Shown: positions 30,192 through 40,320, counted from the first letter of the stretch. The stretch is 64,000 nucleotides of DNA from Collinsella sp. (GCA_019419455.1 DXZW01000018.1:17676-81675); one strand, 5' to 3'. Translations and numbers: made by a program. The notes: a model not told the origin generated them from the sequence alone.

Positions 30192-30569
30192 ATGATTCCC
30201 GGATCGAACAAGGACCATCCGTCCTTTTTAAAGTCGTTCTCATATGCCATGGAGGGCTTCATCACCGCCGTCAAGACCGAGCGCAATATCAAAGTCATGC
30301 TCGTGGCGGGCGTGTGCACCGTCATTGCCGGCTGCATCGTGGGGCTCGATATTGCCGAGTGGGCTACGGTCATCATCTGCTGCGGCCTGGTGATTCATGG
30401 CGAGTTGTGCAATACCGCCATGGAGGCGATTGTCGACCTGGCGACCCAGGAGCTGCATCCGCTGGCCAAGCGCGCGAAGGATATCGCCGCTGCCTCTGTA
30501 TACGTTCTTTCCATTACCGCCGCGATCGTGGGCTTGCTTGTCTTTGCCCACGCACTCGACTTTATTTAG
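30192..30569 (+). CDS. dgkA: Diacylglycerol/undecaprenol kinase family membrane protein
   Basis: 125 aa, three TM segments, with the DgkA-like motif SF.YA..G...A...E.N. Confidence 0.8.
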   Translation: MIPGSNKDHPSFLKSFSYAMEGFITAVKTERNIKVMLVAGVCTVIAGCIVGLDIAEWATVIICCGLVIHGELCNTAMEAIVDLATQELHPLAKRAKDIAAASVYVLSITAAIVGLLVFAHALDFI

Positions 30570-30581
30570 AAAGGGATTTCC

Positions 30582-31652
30582 ATGTCCGACAATATGCAGC
30601 CTACCGATGAAGTTTTGGATGATGAGGTCCTGGACGAGGCTGAAGGTGCCGATTCGTTTGACGAGGTCGTGGAGTTCGACCCGTTTGAGGGTATGAGCGA
30701 CGAGGAACTCGATGCCCTGTGCGACGAGGATGAGGGCCTCGCGGGCTTTGGCGACGTGGAACCCGGTTTCCGCAGCGGCTTCGTGGCCCTGGTCGGTCGC
30801 CCCAACGCCGGCAAGTCCACCCTGCTCAACGCCTGTTACGGCAAGAAGGTCGCCATCACCTCTCCGGTGGCCCAGACGACTCGCCGCCGTATGCGCGCCG
30901 TGGTCAACCGCCCTGGCTATCAGCTGGTCTTCGTTGACACGCCGGGTATCCATAAGCCCAAGGACGGCCTGGGCTCCGAGCTCAACAAGAGCGCCCTGTT
31001 TGAGCTCAATGACGTAGACGTCGTCGCGTTTCTGATCGACGCCACCAAACCCATCGGCAGGGGAGACGCCTGGGTTGCCGAGCGTGTCAAGAGCGCCCGT
31101 TCCAAAAAGGTCCTGGTGCTCACGAAGGCCGACGAGGCCGATCCCGCCCAGGTTATGGAACAGCTCAAGGCCGCTCACGAGCTCATGGAATATGACGACG
31201 AGATCGTGACGTCGTCGGTCAAGAACTTCAACGTCGATGCGTTTATCGAGACCGTCGCTCACTTTTTGCCCGAGGGCCCGCGCTGGTTCCCTGAGGACAT
31301 GGGCACCGACGCGTCCGACGAGACCCTCGTGGCCGAGTTTGTACGCGAGAAGGTTCTGCGTCGCACCCGCGACGAGATCCCTCACTCCGTGGGCGTCATC
31401 TGTGACGCGCTCGAGCAGACTAAGAAGGTTCTGCGCGTGCACGCCACTATTTACGTCGAGCGCGAGGGGCAGAAGGGCATCATCATCGGCAAGGGCGGCG
31501 AGATGATTAAGCATATCGGCATCGATGCCCGTCGTGACCTTGAGCGTATCTTTGGCACGCAGGTCTTTTTGGAGCTCGACGTGAAGGTCAAGGCCGGCTG
31601 GCGCGATGACGAGGCACAGATCCGCCGCTTTGGCTACAATGCCGAAGATTAA
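30582..31652 (+). CDS. era: GTPase Era (with ~60-aa acidic N-terminal extension)
   Basis: G motifs GRPNAGKST, DTPG and TKAD, plus a C-terminal KH domain. Confidence 0.9.
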   Translation: MSDNMQPTDEVLDDEVLDEAEGADSFDEVVEFDPFEGMSDEELDALCDEDEGLAGFGDVEPGFRSGFVALVGRPNAGKSTLLNACYGKKVAITSPVAQTTRRRMRAVVNRPGYQLVFVDTPGIHKPKDGLGSELNKSALFELNDVDVVAFLIDATKPIGRGDAWVAERVKSARSKKVLVLTKADEADPAQVMEQLKAAHELMEYDDEIVTSSVKNFNVDAFIETVAHFLPEGPRWFPEDMGTDASDETLVAEFVREKVLRRTRDEIPHSVGVICDALEQTKKVLRVHATIYVEREGQKGIIIGKGGEMIKHIGIDARRDLERIFGTQVFLELDVKVKAGWRDDEAQIRRFGYNAED

Positions 31653-31664
31653 GCCTCGGCGTTC

Positions 31665-32414
31665 ATGGCAGGCTCCCGGACATATCGCACGAAGGTGCTC
31701 GTCCTCGATAAGACGAAGCTCAAAGAGACGGACCTGATCTTGACCATGCTCGACGAACGGGGACGGCAGGTGCGTGCCGTGGCTAAGGGCGCGCGTAAGC
31801 CCGGCGGTCGCCTTGCGGCCCGCTGCGAGCTTTTCTGTACCGTCGATATGCTGCTCGCGCGTGGTCGCTCGCTCGACGTGGTTTCTCAGGCGGAGCTTAT
31901 GGAGGCGCCGCTTGGCGCTGCGCCCGATTACGAGACGACCTGCGCCGCAAGCGCGATCGCCGAGGTTGCGCGCGTGTGCTCGTTCGAGGACGCCGAGGAC
32001 CCGTTTACCTTTGCCATAACGCAGCGAGCGCTTGCCCTGGTGGGCAGCGGGCTTGACACGGCACATATGGACCTACTTGTGGCGGCATATGTCTTTAAGC
32101 TGCTGTCGCACGTTGGCTATCGACCCGATTTTTCGGCCTGCGTGCTGTGCGGAGACCCCATGCTGTCGTATTTTTCGCCCCAGGCGGGCGGTCTCATGTG
32201 CGGGTCGTGCGCATCGAGCGTTCCGGGTGCCGAGCTGGTGTCGACCGGTGAGGTCGCGTGGCTGCGCGCCCTCATGTCGATGACCTTCGATGCGCTTGTG
32301 GCCGAGAAAATCGACCCGCATACGGCGGCGTTCTTGCTCGGGCTTTCGCATGTTTGGGCCGCCACGCACACCGATCAGCGCCTCCGTGCGATGGAATTCA
32401 TGTTGGGTCGGTGA
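31665..32414 (+). CDS. recO: DNA repair protein RecO
   Basis: It has an OB-fold N-terminus and a Cys4 zinc motif (C.LCG..C..C), with era-recO synteny. Confidence 0.85.
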   Translation: MAGSRTYRTKVLVLDKTKLKETDLILTMLDERGRQVRAVAKGARKPGGRLAARCELFCTVDMLLARGRSLDVVSQAELMEAPLGAAPDYETTCAASAIAEVARVCSFEDAEDPFTFAITQRALALVGSGLDTAHMDLLVAAYVFKLLSHVGYRPDFSACVLCGDPMLSYFSPQAGGLMCGSCASSVPGAELVSTGEVAWLRALMSMTFDALVAEKIDPHTAAFLLGLSHVWAATHTDQRLRAMEFMLGR

Positions 32415-32552
32415 TGATGCGCAGGCGCGGGCTGCTTGTGGTAACATACCGATCTGTTGGTACCTCGACCTTGGTTGCTCGCTCCACCGGCGGCTTCCCA
32501 GTCCGAGGCGAATCGAGTCGCCCGATGGCGACGCAAAACGAAAGGTGAAACA

Positions 32553-32831
32553 ATGACTGTTTCCAAAGAGCGCAAGGCGGAGCTGACTGCCCAGTTCGGT
32601 AACACCCCGGTCGACACCGGCAACCCCAAGGTTCAGGTCGCCATCCTGTCCGAGCGCATCAAGGAGCTGACCGAGCACATGAAGTCCCACCAGAAGGACT
32701 TCCACACCCGTCGTGGCCTGCTCATGCTCGTCGGCCGTCGTCGTCGTCTTCTCTCCTACATCAAGAAGAACGACATCGTCGAGTACCGTGAGCTCATCAA
32801 GGCTCTGGGCATCCGCGACAACATCCAGTAG
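32553..32831 (+). CDS. rpsO: 30S ribosomal protein S15
   Basis: MTVSKERKAELTAQFG..DTG..EVQVA.L..RI..LT.H is the S15 signature. I chose the ATG at 32553 after GAAAGG. Confidence 0.9.
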   Translation: MTVSKERKAELTAQFGNTPVDTGNPKVQVAILSERIKELTEHMKSHQKDFHTRRGLLMLVGRRRRLLSYIKKNDIVEYRELIKALGIRDNIQ

Positions 32832-32845
32832 GATTTGTACATGCT

Positions 32846-32878
32846 AAGAGCGTCCTGCGCAGCGGGGCGCTCTTTTTG
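32846..32878 (+). terminator. rpsO terminator/attenuator hairpin
   Basis: AAGAGCGTCC / GGGGCGCTCTT followed by a T5 run. It lies between rpsO and pnp, as in other bacteria. Confidence 0.7.
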
Positions 32879-32980
32879 TGTAAGGGCGCGAACAATCACG
32901 CTCTGAAGCGTGGCGGGGGCAGGGGGCCCGCGTCACATGAGAAGCCCGCAGGCAAGGGGCCTGTGGGGTAAAGGAGAACA

Positions 32981-35227
32981 ATGACACTCGTATCCAAGAC
33001 CTTTGAGCTGTACGGCAAGACCTACACCTTCGAGTCGGGCGAGCTTGCCAAGCAGGCCACCGGCGCCTGTCTTGTCAAGCAGGGCGACACCACGATGCTC
33101 GACACCGTGGTCGTCTCCAAGGAGCGCAAGAACTACGACTTCTTCCCGCTGACCGTCGACTTCAACGAGAAGATGTACGCCGCAGGCCGCATCCCGGGTG
33201 GCTACCTCAAGCGTGAGGGCCGTCCCAGCGAGAAGGCCACGCTCACGGCCCGCATGATCGACCGTCCGATTCGCCCGAGCTTCCCGGACGGCTTCCGTAA
33301 CGAGGTGCACATCGTCGCCACCTCGCTCGTCGCCGACCAGGTCAACCCCTTCGATGTCATCAACGTCATGGGTGCATCCCTGGCCATGACGCTCGGCGGC
33401 GTGCCCTTCGAGGGCCCGCTTGCCTGCGTGCGCATCGGCCGCAACGTGGAGACCGGCGAGTTTATCGTCAACCCCACCTATGAGGAGCGCGAGAACTCCG
33501 ATCTGGACCTGGAGCTGGGCGGCTCTGCCGACTTCATCTCGATGGTCGAGGCCGGCGCCGAGGAGATCTCCGAGGACGACATGCTCGCCGCTATGAAGTT
33601 TGGCCAGGAGGCCCTCGCTGCCTTCTGCCAGGCCCAAGACGAGTTCGTCGCCGAGTGGGAGCAGGTCAACGGCGCTATCGTCAAGAAGGAGTACCCGCTC
33701 GACCAGCCTGTCGAGGAGGTCCAGGAGCGCATCTTCGCCCACTACGACGAGATGGCCGCTGCCCTGCGCGACGCCGACAAGCTTTCCCGCATCGGTAAGG
33801 TCGAGGCTCTGAAGGAGTCCATCCGCGCCGAGTTCACCGACGAGGAGCAGGCCGCCTGGGAGCGCGAGATCCCCGTGGCGCTCAAGAAGCTCGAGAAGAA
33901 GGCCATGCGCACCATGGTCGTCGAGACCGGCGAGCGCGTCGACGGCCGTGCCGCCGATGAGATTCGCCCCATCATGGTGAAGGATAACTACCTGCCGCTC
34001 GTTCACGGCTCCGGTCTGTTCCAGCGTGGCCAGACCCAGGTGCTTTCCGTCCTGTCGCTCGGTATGCTCAACGAGGGTCAGCGTCTGGATACCATCGAGC
34101 CCACCGAGGGCAAGCGCTATATGCACCACTACAACTTCCCGCCGTTCTGCACCGGCGAGACTGGCCGCATGGGCAGCCCCAAGCGCCGCGAGATCGGCCA
34201 CGGCAACCTGGCCGAGCGCGCCCTGCTCCCGGTGCTCCCCGACGAGAACGAGTTCCCCTACGCTATTCGCGTGGTCTCCGAGGTCATGGAGTCCAACGGC
34301 TCCTCTTCGATGGCTTCGACCTGCGGCTCCACGCTCGCCCTTATGGACGGCGGCGTGCCTATTAAGCGCCCGGTCTCCGGTATCGCCATGGGCCTGATCC
34401 AGGAGGAGGGCAAGACCGTGGTCCTGTCCGATATCCAGGGTCTCGAGGACTTCCTGGGCGACATGGACTTTAAGGTCACCGGCACCACCGAGGGCATCAC
34501 CGCCCTGCAGATGGACAACAAGGCCACCGGTCTTACCTTCGACATCTTGGCCCGCGCCCTGCAGCAGGCCAAGGAGGGTCGCGCCTTCATCCTGCAGAAG
34601 ATGCTCGATGTGATCCCCGAGCCGCGCCACACCACGCGCAGCACCGCTCCGCGCATCGTCTCCATCCAGGTTCCGACCGACAAGATCCGCGACGTTATCG
34701 GTTCTGGTGGTAAGGTCATCCGCGGCATCCAGGACGAGACCGGTGCCTCGGTCGACATCCAGGAGGACGGCACCGTCTTTGTCGGCGGCACCGGCGAGTC
34801 CGTCGACCAGGCTGTCGAGCGCATCAAGCTCATCATCAAGGTTCCCGAGCCGGGCGAGGAGTACACCGGTCGCGTGGTCTCCATCCAGCCCTTCGGTGCC
34901 TTCGTGAACCTTCTGCCCGGTAAGGACGGCCTGCTCCACATCTCCCGCGTCGCCAAGGGCCGCGTGGAGAAGGTCGAGGACGTCCTCAACGTGGGCGACG
35001 AGGTCAAGGTCGTCGTCATCGAGGTCGACGACCGTGGCAAGATCTCGCTCGATCGTCTTGACAAGCCTGAGGCCCCGGCTCGCGCCGAGGGTGCCTCCGA
35101 GGGCGACGGCGAGCACTTCCAGCGTCGTGAGCGTCCGCGTCGCGAGCGCTCCGAGCGCAGCGACCGTCCGCGCCGTCCCGGCGACAACGGAGGCCGCAAG
35201 CCCCGCCGCCACCACGACGCCGAGTAA
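32981..35227 (+). CDS. pnp: Polyribonucleotide nucleotidyltransferase (PNPase)
   Basis: 748 aa with two RNase PH domains, KH and S1 domains, and a basic C-terminal tail. Confidence 0.95.
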   Translation: MTLVSKTFELYGKTYTFESGELAKQATGACLVKQGDTTMLDTVVVSKERKNYDFFPLTVDFNEKMYAAGRIPGGYLKREGRPSEKATLTARMIDRPIRPSFPDGFRNEVHIVATSLVADQVNPFDVINVMGASLAMTLGGVPFEGPLACVRIGRNVETGEFIVNPTYEERENSDLDLELGGSADFISMVEAGAEEISEDDMLAAMKFGQEALAAFCQAQDEFVAEWEQVNGAIVKKEYPLDQPVEEVQERIFAHYDEMAAALRDADKLSRIGKVEALKESIRAEFTDEEQAAWEREIPVALKKLEKKAMRTMVVETGERVDGRAADEIRPIMVKDNYLPLVHGSGLFQRGQTQVLSVLSLGMLNEGQRLDTIEPTEGKRYMHHYNFPPFCTGETGRMGSPKRREIGHGNLAERALLPVLPDENEFPYAIRVVSEVMESNGSSSMASTCGSTLALMDGGVPIKRPVSGIAMGLIQEEGKTVVLSDIQGLEDFLGDMDFKVTGTTEGITALQMDNKATGLTFDILARALQQAKEGRAFILQKMLDVIPEPRHTTRSTAPRIVSIQVPTDKIRDVIGSGGKVIRGIQDETGASVDIQEDGTVFVGGTGESVDQAVERIKLIIKVPEPGEEYTGRVVSIQPFGAFVNLLPGKDGLLHISRVAKGRVEKVEDVLNVGDEVKVVVIEVDDRGKISLDRLDKPEAPARAEGASEGDGEHFQRRERPRRERSERSDRPRRPGDNGGRKPRRHHDAE

Positions 35228-35250
35228 CAGCCGTACATAACCAGCACCGC

Positions 35251-35282
35251 AAGGGCGACTCCGGACAGGGGTCGCCCTTTTG
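35251..35282 (+). terminator. Rho-independent terminator of pnp
   Basis: AAGGGCGAC-(11 nt)-GTCGCCCTT followed by TTT. Its T-run overlaps the first bases of repeat A1. Confidence 0.7.
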
Positions 35283-35420
35283 CTTGCGCCCGGGAGGGCC
35301 GCATATGAAGTTTCCTGCTCTACAGTCCTGCGCAAGACGGAAAGCACATTAAGTGCTTTCCTTTGCGTGCGGAACTCGCGATAAACTTCATATGCGGCCC
35401 TCCCGGGCGCAAGCAAAAGG
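35276..35420. repeat. Nested-palindrome element A1 (145 nt)
   Basis: A perfect 38-bp outer stem (35276-35313 / 35383-35420) encloses a 69-nt core with the apical hairpin GGAAAGCAC-attaa-GTGCTTTCC. Confidence 0.9.
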
Positions 35421-35546
35421 ACTGGTTAGTGCCGCTCGCTATTTAGTTAGACAGTCTATTCAGTAGTCAGATTTCAGATCTGTAGATAGCCGCAGCAGCA
35501 TCTTCCCAGATAAAATCGACCAAAATAAACCTGTCCCTTTTTGGCA

Positions 35547-35679
35547 GGTTTCCCGTGGGGCGGGCACTGATGAAGTTTATCGCGAGTTCCGCACGAACAG
35601 GAGGCCACTTAATGTGGCCTCCGTCGTGAGCAGGACTGTAGAGCAGGAAACTTCATCAGTGCCCGCCCCACGGGAAACC
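35547..35679. repeat. Nested-palindrome element A2 (133 nt), inverted relative to A1
   Basis: A perfect 32-bp outer stem (35547-35578 / 35648-35679) encloses a 69-nt core that is the reverse complement of the A1 core (59/69). The apical hairpin is GGAGGCCAC-ttaat-GTGGCCTCC. Confidence 0.9.
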
Positions 35680-35867
35680 GGCGGGATAGACCGGTTTGGA
35701 TGGGGCTTTGATGCATGGGTGGTCTGTTGGTGGGCAAATGGGTATCATACTGTGGTTATTGCATCGACTCTGCGATGCATGTTTGTACGTTCCCGGCGGT
35801 CGGTTTGCCAGAAGCGCCCCGTCGGTTGTTCCAGACCCGTTTCGAAGAAAGGAAACCACACTAACCT

Positions 35868-37538
35868 ATGGCAGCTAAAAAATCATCTCCCTTGAAGATC
35901 ATCCCGCTTGGCGGCCTTGACGGCATCGGCAAGAACATGACGGTCTTCGAGTGCGGCGACGACATGGTGCTCGTCGACGCTGGCCTCATGTTCCCGGATG
36001 ACTCCCAGCCCGGTATCGACCTGGTGCTTCCCGACTACACCTATGTTCTTGAGAACGAGGAGAAGCTCCGCGGCATCATCGTCACCCACGGCCACGAGGA
36101 CCACACCGGTTCGCTTCCGTATCTGCTGCAGGACCTCAACAATAAGGTGCCCATCTTCTCGAGCAAGCTGACGCTCGGCTTTATCGAGGGCAAGCTCTCC
36201 GAGTTCCGCATCCGCGCACCCAAGTTCCGTGAGGTCAAGGGCGGCAGCCATGTCAACCTCGGCGGCATCTCGCTCGACTTCTTCTCGATGACGCACTCCA
36301 TTCCCGGCGCTCTGGGTGTGTTCATTCGCACCAACCAGGGCACCGTTATGCACACCGGCGACTTTAAGCTCGACCAGACGCCCATCGACGGCGTCACGCC
36401 CGACTATGCCGCTATCAGCCGTTTTGCCAAGCAGGGCATCGACCTGCTGCTTTCCGACTCCACCAATGCCACGGTTCCCGGCTTTACCAAGTCCGAGGCC
36501 GAGGTTGGTCCCAACCTGTTGCACGCCATCAAGAACGCCCCGGGTCGCGTGTTCGTCGCGTCGTTCTCGAGCCACATCCATCGTCTGCAGCAGATCTGCG
36601 ATGCCGCCCGCAAGTGCGGCCGTAAGGTCGTTGTGACCGGTCGCTCCATGCTCACGAACACCCGCGTGGCGCGTGAGCTGGGCTACCTCAACATCGATGA
36701 CGCCGATATCATCGATGCCTTCGATATCGATAACCTGCCCGACGATAAGATTGTCGTCATGTGCACCGGTTCGCAGGGCGAGCCGCTGTCGGCCCTGTCC
36801 CGCATGGCCAATGGCGAGCACAAGACGCTCTCCATCCACGAGGGCGATACCGTTATCCTTTCGGCAACTCCCGTTCCTGGCAACGAGAAGGCCGTCCAGC
36901 AGGTCGTCAACAGCCTGGCCAAGCTCGGCTGCGACGTGTGGGATAAGAACCGCGCTCTCGTCCACGTCTCGGGTCACGGTAGCCAGGAGGAGCTCAAGCT
37001 CCTGATGGCCATGGCCAAGCCCACGTACTTTATGCCGGTTCACGGTGAGGCCGTGCATCTGCGCGCCCATGCGCAGCTGGCCCGCAAGATGGGCATCAAG
37101 GACGATCATATCTTTATCCTCGATAACGGCGACACGCTCGAGATGCGCGGTGGTATCGTCAAGCGCGGTACGCCCGTCGAGTCCGGTGTCGTTTACGTCG
37201 ACGGCCTGCGTATCGGCGATACCGACCCCATCGTCCTGCGCGATCGCCAGAAGCTCGCCAACGACGGTATGGTCACGGCCGTTGCCATCGTCTCCCTCAA
37301 ACACAAGAAGATCGAGGCCATCGAGTTCTCGGGCCGCGGCGTCTCGTTTGCCATCGACGACCAGTTCTCCGAGGATGCCTCCGCGTCCATTATGAAGACG
37401 ATCGAGAAGGGTAAGTTTAGCTTTACCAGCAGCGGTTCCGATGCCATTCGCAAGGCCGTGCGCGATTCGCTCTCTAACTTTATCTGGAGCCGTACGCGCA
37501 CCCGTCCGATGATCATCCCGGTCGTCATGGAGGTTTAG
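35868..37538 (+). CDS. rnj: Ribonuclease J
   Basis: Beta-lactamase/beta-CASP fold with HGHEDHTG. 556 aa. Confidence 0.9.
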   Translation: MAAKKSSPLKIIPLGGLDGIGKNMTVFECGDDMVLVDAGLMFPDDSQPGIDLVLPDYTYVLENEEKLRGIIVTHGHEDHTGSLPYLLQDLNNKVPIFSSKLTLGFIEGKLSEFRIRAPKFREVKGGSHVNLGGISLDFFSMTHSIPGALGVFIRTNQGTVMHTGDFKLDQTPIDGVTPDYAAISRFAKQGIDLLLSDSTNATVPGFTKSEAEVGPNLLHAIKNAPGRVFVASFSSHIHRLQQICDAARKCGRKVVVTGRSMLTNTRVARELGYLNIDDADIIDAFDIDNLPDDKIVVMCTGSQGEPLSALSRMANGEHKTLSIHEGDTVILSATPVPGNEKAVQQVVNSLAKLGCDVWDKNRALVHVSGHGSQEELKLLMAMAKPTYFMPVHGEAVHLRAHAQLARKMGIKDDHIFILDNGDTLEMRGGIVKRGTPVESGVVYVDGLRIGDTDPIVLRDRQKLANDGMVTAVAIVSLKHKKIEAIEFSGRGVSFAIDDQFSEDASASIMKTIEKGKFSFTSSGSDAIRKAVRDSLSNFIWSRTRTRPMIIPVVMEV

Positions 37539-37539
37539 T

Positions 37540-40320
37540 TTGGCGCGCGGATCTGCAAAAAACGCCAAAGGCAATAAGGCCAATAACCAACCGGCATCTG
37601 CTAAGGGTGCCGGTTCCCATCTGCGTGCCAATAAGGGCCACGAGTCCGAGTTTGATGAGTTTGAGCCCCTGGTCGAGCCTTCGGCCAATCGCGATATCGC
37701 CGGTGTGGTCATCGCCGTTTTGGCGATCGCGTCCTTCATTGCCGTGATCTCTCCGGCAACAGCGCCCGTGACGGCTGCGGTTGCCGGTTTCTACCACCTG
37801 GGCTTTGGTCTGGGCGCCTACGTGCTGCCGATCGTCATCTTGCTGTTTGCCGCCACGCTCTTTTTGGGTGAGGACTCGCCGCTCAACGTGCGCTCTGTTG
37901 CGGGCGGCGCCTTGGTCTTTATCGCCGTCGTCTCCATTCTTTCGCTGATGGTGCCGGGCACGAGCGATTCGTGCGACCTTATGTTTACGCCGCAGAACCT
38001 TTCCGTGTCGGGCGGCTACATTGGCGCCTTTATCGCAAGTGCCTTGCAAAACGCCTTGGGTAAACCTATCGCCATGGTTGTCTTGCTGGGGCTTGTCGTC
38101 GTTGGTTTGGTCATTATCGGCTTTTCGGTGGGTGGCGTTTTGCGCTCCGCACGCGATCGCGCTGCCGATTTTGCCGAGCGTCGACGTGCCGATGTCAATG
38201 CGAGCCCGTGGGGCGATGAAGAGGCCCTGTCTGTTCCCGGCGTCGCTCGTCCGCACCTGAGCATTTTGCGCCAGAAGGGGACTGACGCCGCGGTGACCAC
38301 GGTCATGGGTGGCGATGTCGACCCGGTTTTGGATGACGACGAGGACGATGACCCGTTTGTCGACGTATCCGAGTCGGTTGAAGCCGAGCGGGCCAAGACC
38401 ACGCTGCTGCCGCGCCGTCATGCCAAGAAGGGCAAGACGGTTCCCAAGCTCAATACGAGTGAGCCCGACCCGTCTTGGTCCGATAGCGAGATTGAGCTCA
38501 CCGAGGGCGATGACGAGGACGACGAGGCTCCGATTGAGACCGCAAAGACAACTTTGCTGCCGCGTCGCCATGCAAAGCGCGGCCAGGTCACCGGACAGCT
38601 TTCGATGGAGGACGATCCGGACAAGGTTGACGAGTCCGAGCCGCCGTTTTCCGTGAATCCCGTCTCGGCCGCCCCCCAGATCCCCGACTTCCTGAAGCAC
38701 CCCAAGGTCGCTGACGCCTCAACCTCTACGGCCTCTGCCGCTCCTGTTGCGGCTGACAATGGGGGAGCGAGCGACACCGCAACTGACGCCGAGGGCGAAG
38801 AAGAGGACGGCCTCAAGCTTCCGCCGCTCGAAATCCTGCATGCCAACCCGCAGTCGGCTTCCGCTGCGTCTTCGGACAAGGAGCTGGAGCAGACCGCTGA
38901 GTCACTGCAATCCACCTTGCTTGAGTTTGGCCGCAGTGCCCGCGTGGTCGGCTGGATCGCCGGCCCCACGGTGACGACCTTTAAGCTGCAGCCCGGTGAG
39001 GGCGAGCGTGTGAGCAAAATCTCGAGCCTCGAGGACGATATCGCGCTTTCGCTCGCTGCCCAGTCGGTGCGTATCTTTGCCCCGATCCCCGGCACCTCGC
39101 TCGTGGGCATCGAGATTCCCAACCGCAAGCGCCAGAACGTCAATCTGGGCGACGTGCTGCCCTATGTGAAGGGCGGTCCGCTCGAGCTCGCTATCGGCCG
39201 TGACGCCGAGGGCACGCCGGTCGTCGCCGACCTCGCCAAGATGCCTCACCTGTTGATCGCCGGTACGACTGGTTCTGGTAAGTCGGTGATGATCAACTCC
39301 ATCATCACGACCTTGCTCATGCGCGCCCTTCCCGAGGACGTTCGCCTGATTATGGTCGACCCCAAGCGCGTCGAGCTTGCGGGCTATAACGGTCTGCCGC
39401 ATCTCTATGTGCCCGTGGTGACCGAGCCTAAGCAGGCCGCGAGCGCTCTGCAATGGGCTGTGTCCGAGATGGAGCGTCGCCTGAAGGTTTTCGAGCGTCT
39501 CAACGTGCGTAAGATCTCGACCTACAATGAAAAGCAGGCCGCCGGCGAGTTTGAGCATTACGACAACCCGCCGCAAAAGATGCCCTACCTGGTCATCATC
39601 ATCGACGAGCTTTCGGACCTGATGATGGTCGCCGGTAAGGATGTCGAGGCCTCGATCGTGCGTATTGCACAGCTGGGCCGTGCCGCCGGTATTCATCTTA
39701 TCGTGGCCACGCAGCGCCCCAGCTCCAACGTGGTGACGGGCCTCATCAAGGCTAACATCACCAACCGCATCGCCTTTAACGTCGCCACGGGCATCGACTC
39801 GCGCGTCATCATCGACCAGATGGGCGCCGAGAAGCTCACCGGTTTGGGCGACATGTTGTTCTCCAAGGTCGACTGGGGCAAGCCCCGCCGTATCCAGGGC
39901 TGCTTTGTCTCGGACGACGAAATCAACGAGATTGTCGAGTTCGTCAAGTCGCAGAGCGAGCCCGACTACCACGAGGAGATTCTGTCCGCCGTGGCGCCCG
40001 CTTCCATGTCCATGGCGGGTGGCGGCGGCATTGTCCGCACCGGAGTCGCCGAGCCGCAAGACGATGATCCGCTCATCTGGGAAGCCGCCCATATTGTGGT
40101 GGAATCGCAGCTTGGCTCCACATCTGGCCTGCAACGTCGTCTGAAGGTTGGCTATGCGCGCGCCGGGCGTATTATGGACATGCTGGAAGAAAAGGGTGTC
40201 GTCGGCCCGCCCGACGGTTCCAAGCCGCGCGAGGTCCTGTTGGACGAGGAGGGGCTTGCCGCGCTGGAATCTGTCGACGCCGAGATGGCACGTGAAGATC
40301 GTGAGTTTGGAGGATTCTGA
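37540..40320 (+). CDS. ftsK: DNA translocase FtsK/SpoIIIE
   Basis: It has an N-terminal TM domain, a long low-complexity linker, a motor domain (GTTGSGKS) and a C-terminal gamma/winged-helix domain. Confidence 0.9.
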   Translation: MARGSAKNAKGNKANNQPASAKGAGSHLRANKGHESEFDEFEPLVEPSANRDIAGVVIAVLAIASFIAVISPATAPVTAAVAGFYHLGFGLGAYVLPIVILLFAATLFLGEDSPLNVRSVAGGALVFIAVVSILSLMVPGTSDSCDLMFTPQNLSVSGGYIGAFIASALQNALGKPIAMVVLLGLVVVGLVIIGFSVGGVLRSARDRAADFAERRRADVNASPWGDEEALSVPGVARPHLSILRQKGTDAAVTTVMGGDVDPVLDDDEDDDPFVDVSESVEAERAKTTLLPRRHAKKGKTVPKLNTSEPDPSWSDSEIELTEGDDEDDEAPIETAKTTLLPRRHAKRGQVTGQLSMEDDPDKVDESEPPFSVNPVSAAPQIPDFLKHPKVADASTSTASAAPVAADNGGASDTATDAEGEEEDGLKLPPLEILHANPQSASAASSDKELEQTAESLQSTLLEFGRSARVVGWIAGPTVTTFKLQPGEGERVSKISSLEDDIALSLAAQSVRIFAPIPGTSLVGIEIPNRKRQNVNLGDVLPYVKGGPLELAIGRDAEGTPVVADLAKMPHLLIAGTTGSGKSVMINSIITTLLMRALPEDVRLIMVDPKRVELAGYNGLPHLYVPVVTEPKQAASALQWAVSEMERRLKVFERLNVRKISTYNEKQAAGEFEHYDNPPQKMPYLVIIIDELSDLMMVAGKDVEASIVRIAQLGRAAGIHLIVATQRPSSNVVTGLIKANITNRIAFNVATGIDSRVIIDQMGAEKLTGLGDMLFSKVDWGKPRRIQGCFVSDDEINEIVEFVKSQSEPDYHEEILSAVAPASMSMAGGGGIVRTGVAEPQDDDPLIWEAAHIVVESQLGSTSGLQRRLKVGYARAGRIMDMLEEKGVVGPPDGSKPREVLLDEEGLAALESVDAEMAREDREFGGF

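Noticed and set aside
35276-35679. Considered whether the A (and B) repeats could be a CRISPR array, tracrRNA or attC sites.
   Set aside because: There are only two copies per locus, and they are in inverted rather than direct orientation. There are no spacers of regular length, no cas or integrase genes nearby, and the conserved part is the interior rather than the ends. None of these models fits.
35614-35895. 93-aa + strand ORF overlapping repeat A2 and the rnj start.
   Set aside because: It starts inside the A2 hairpin, overlaps the rnj RBS and start out of frame, and has no homology signature.
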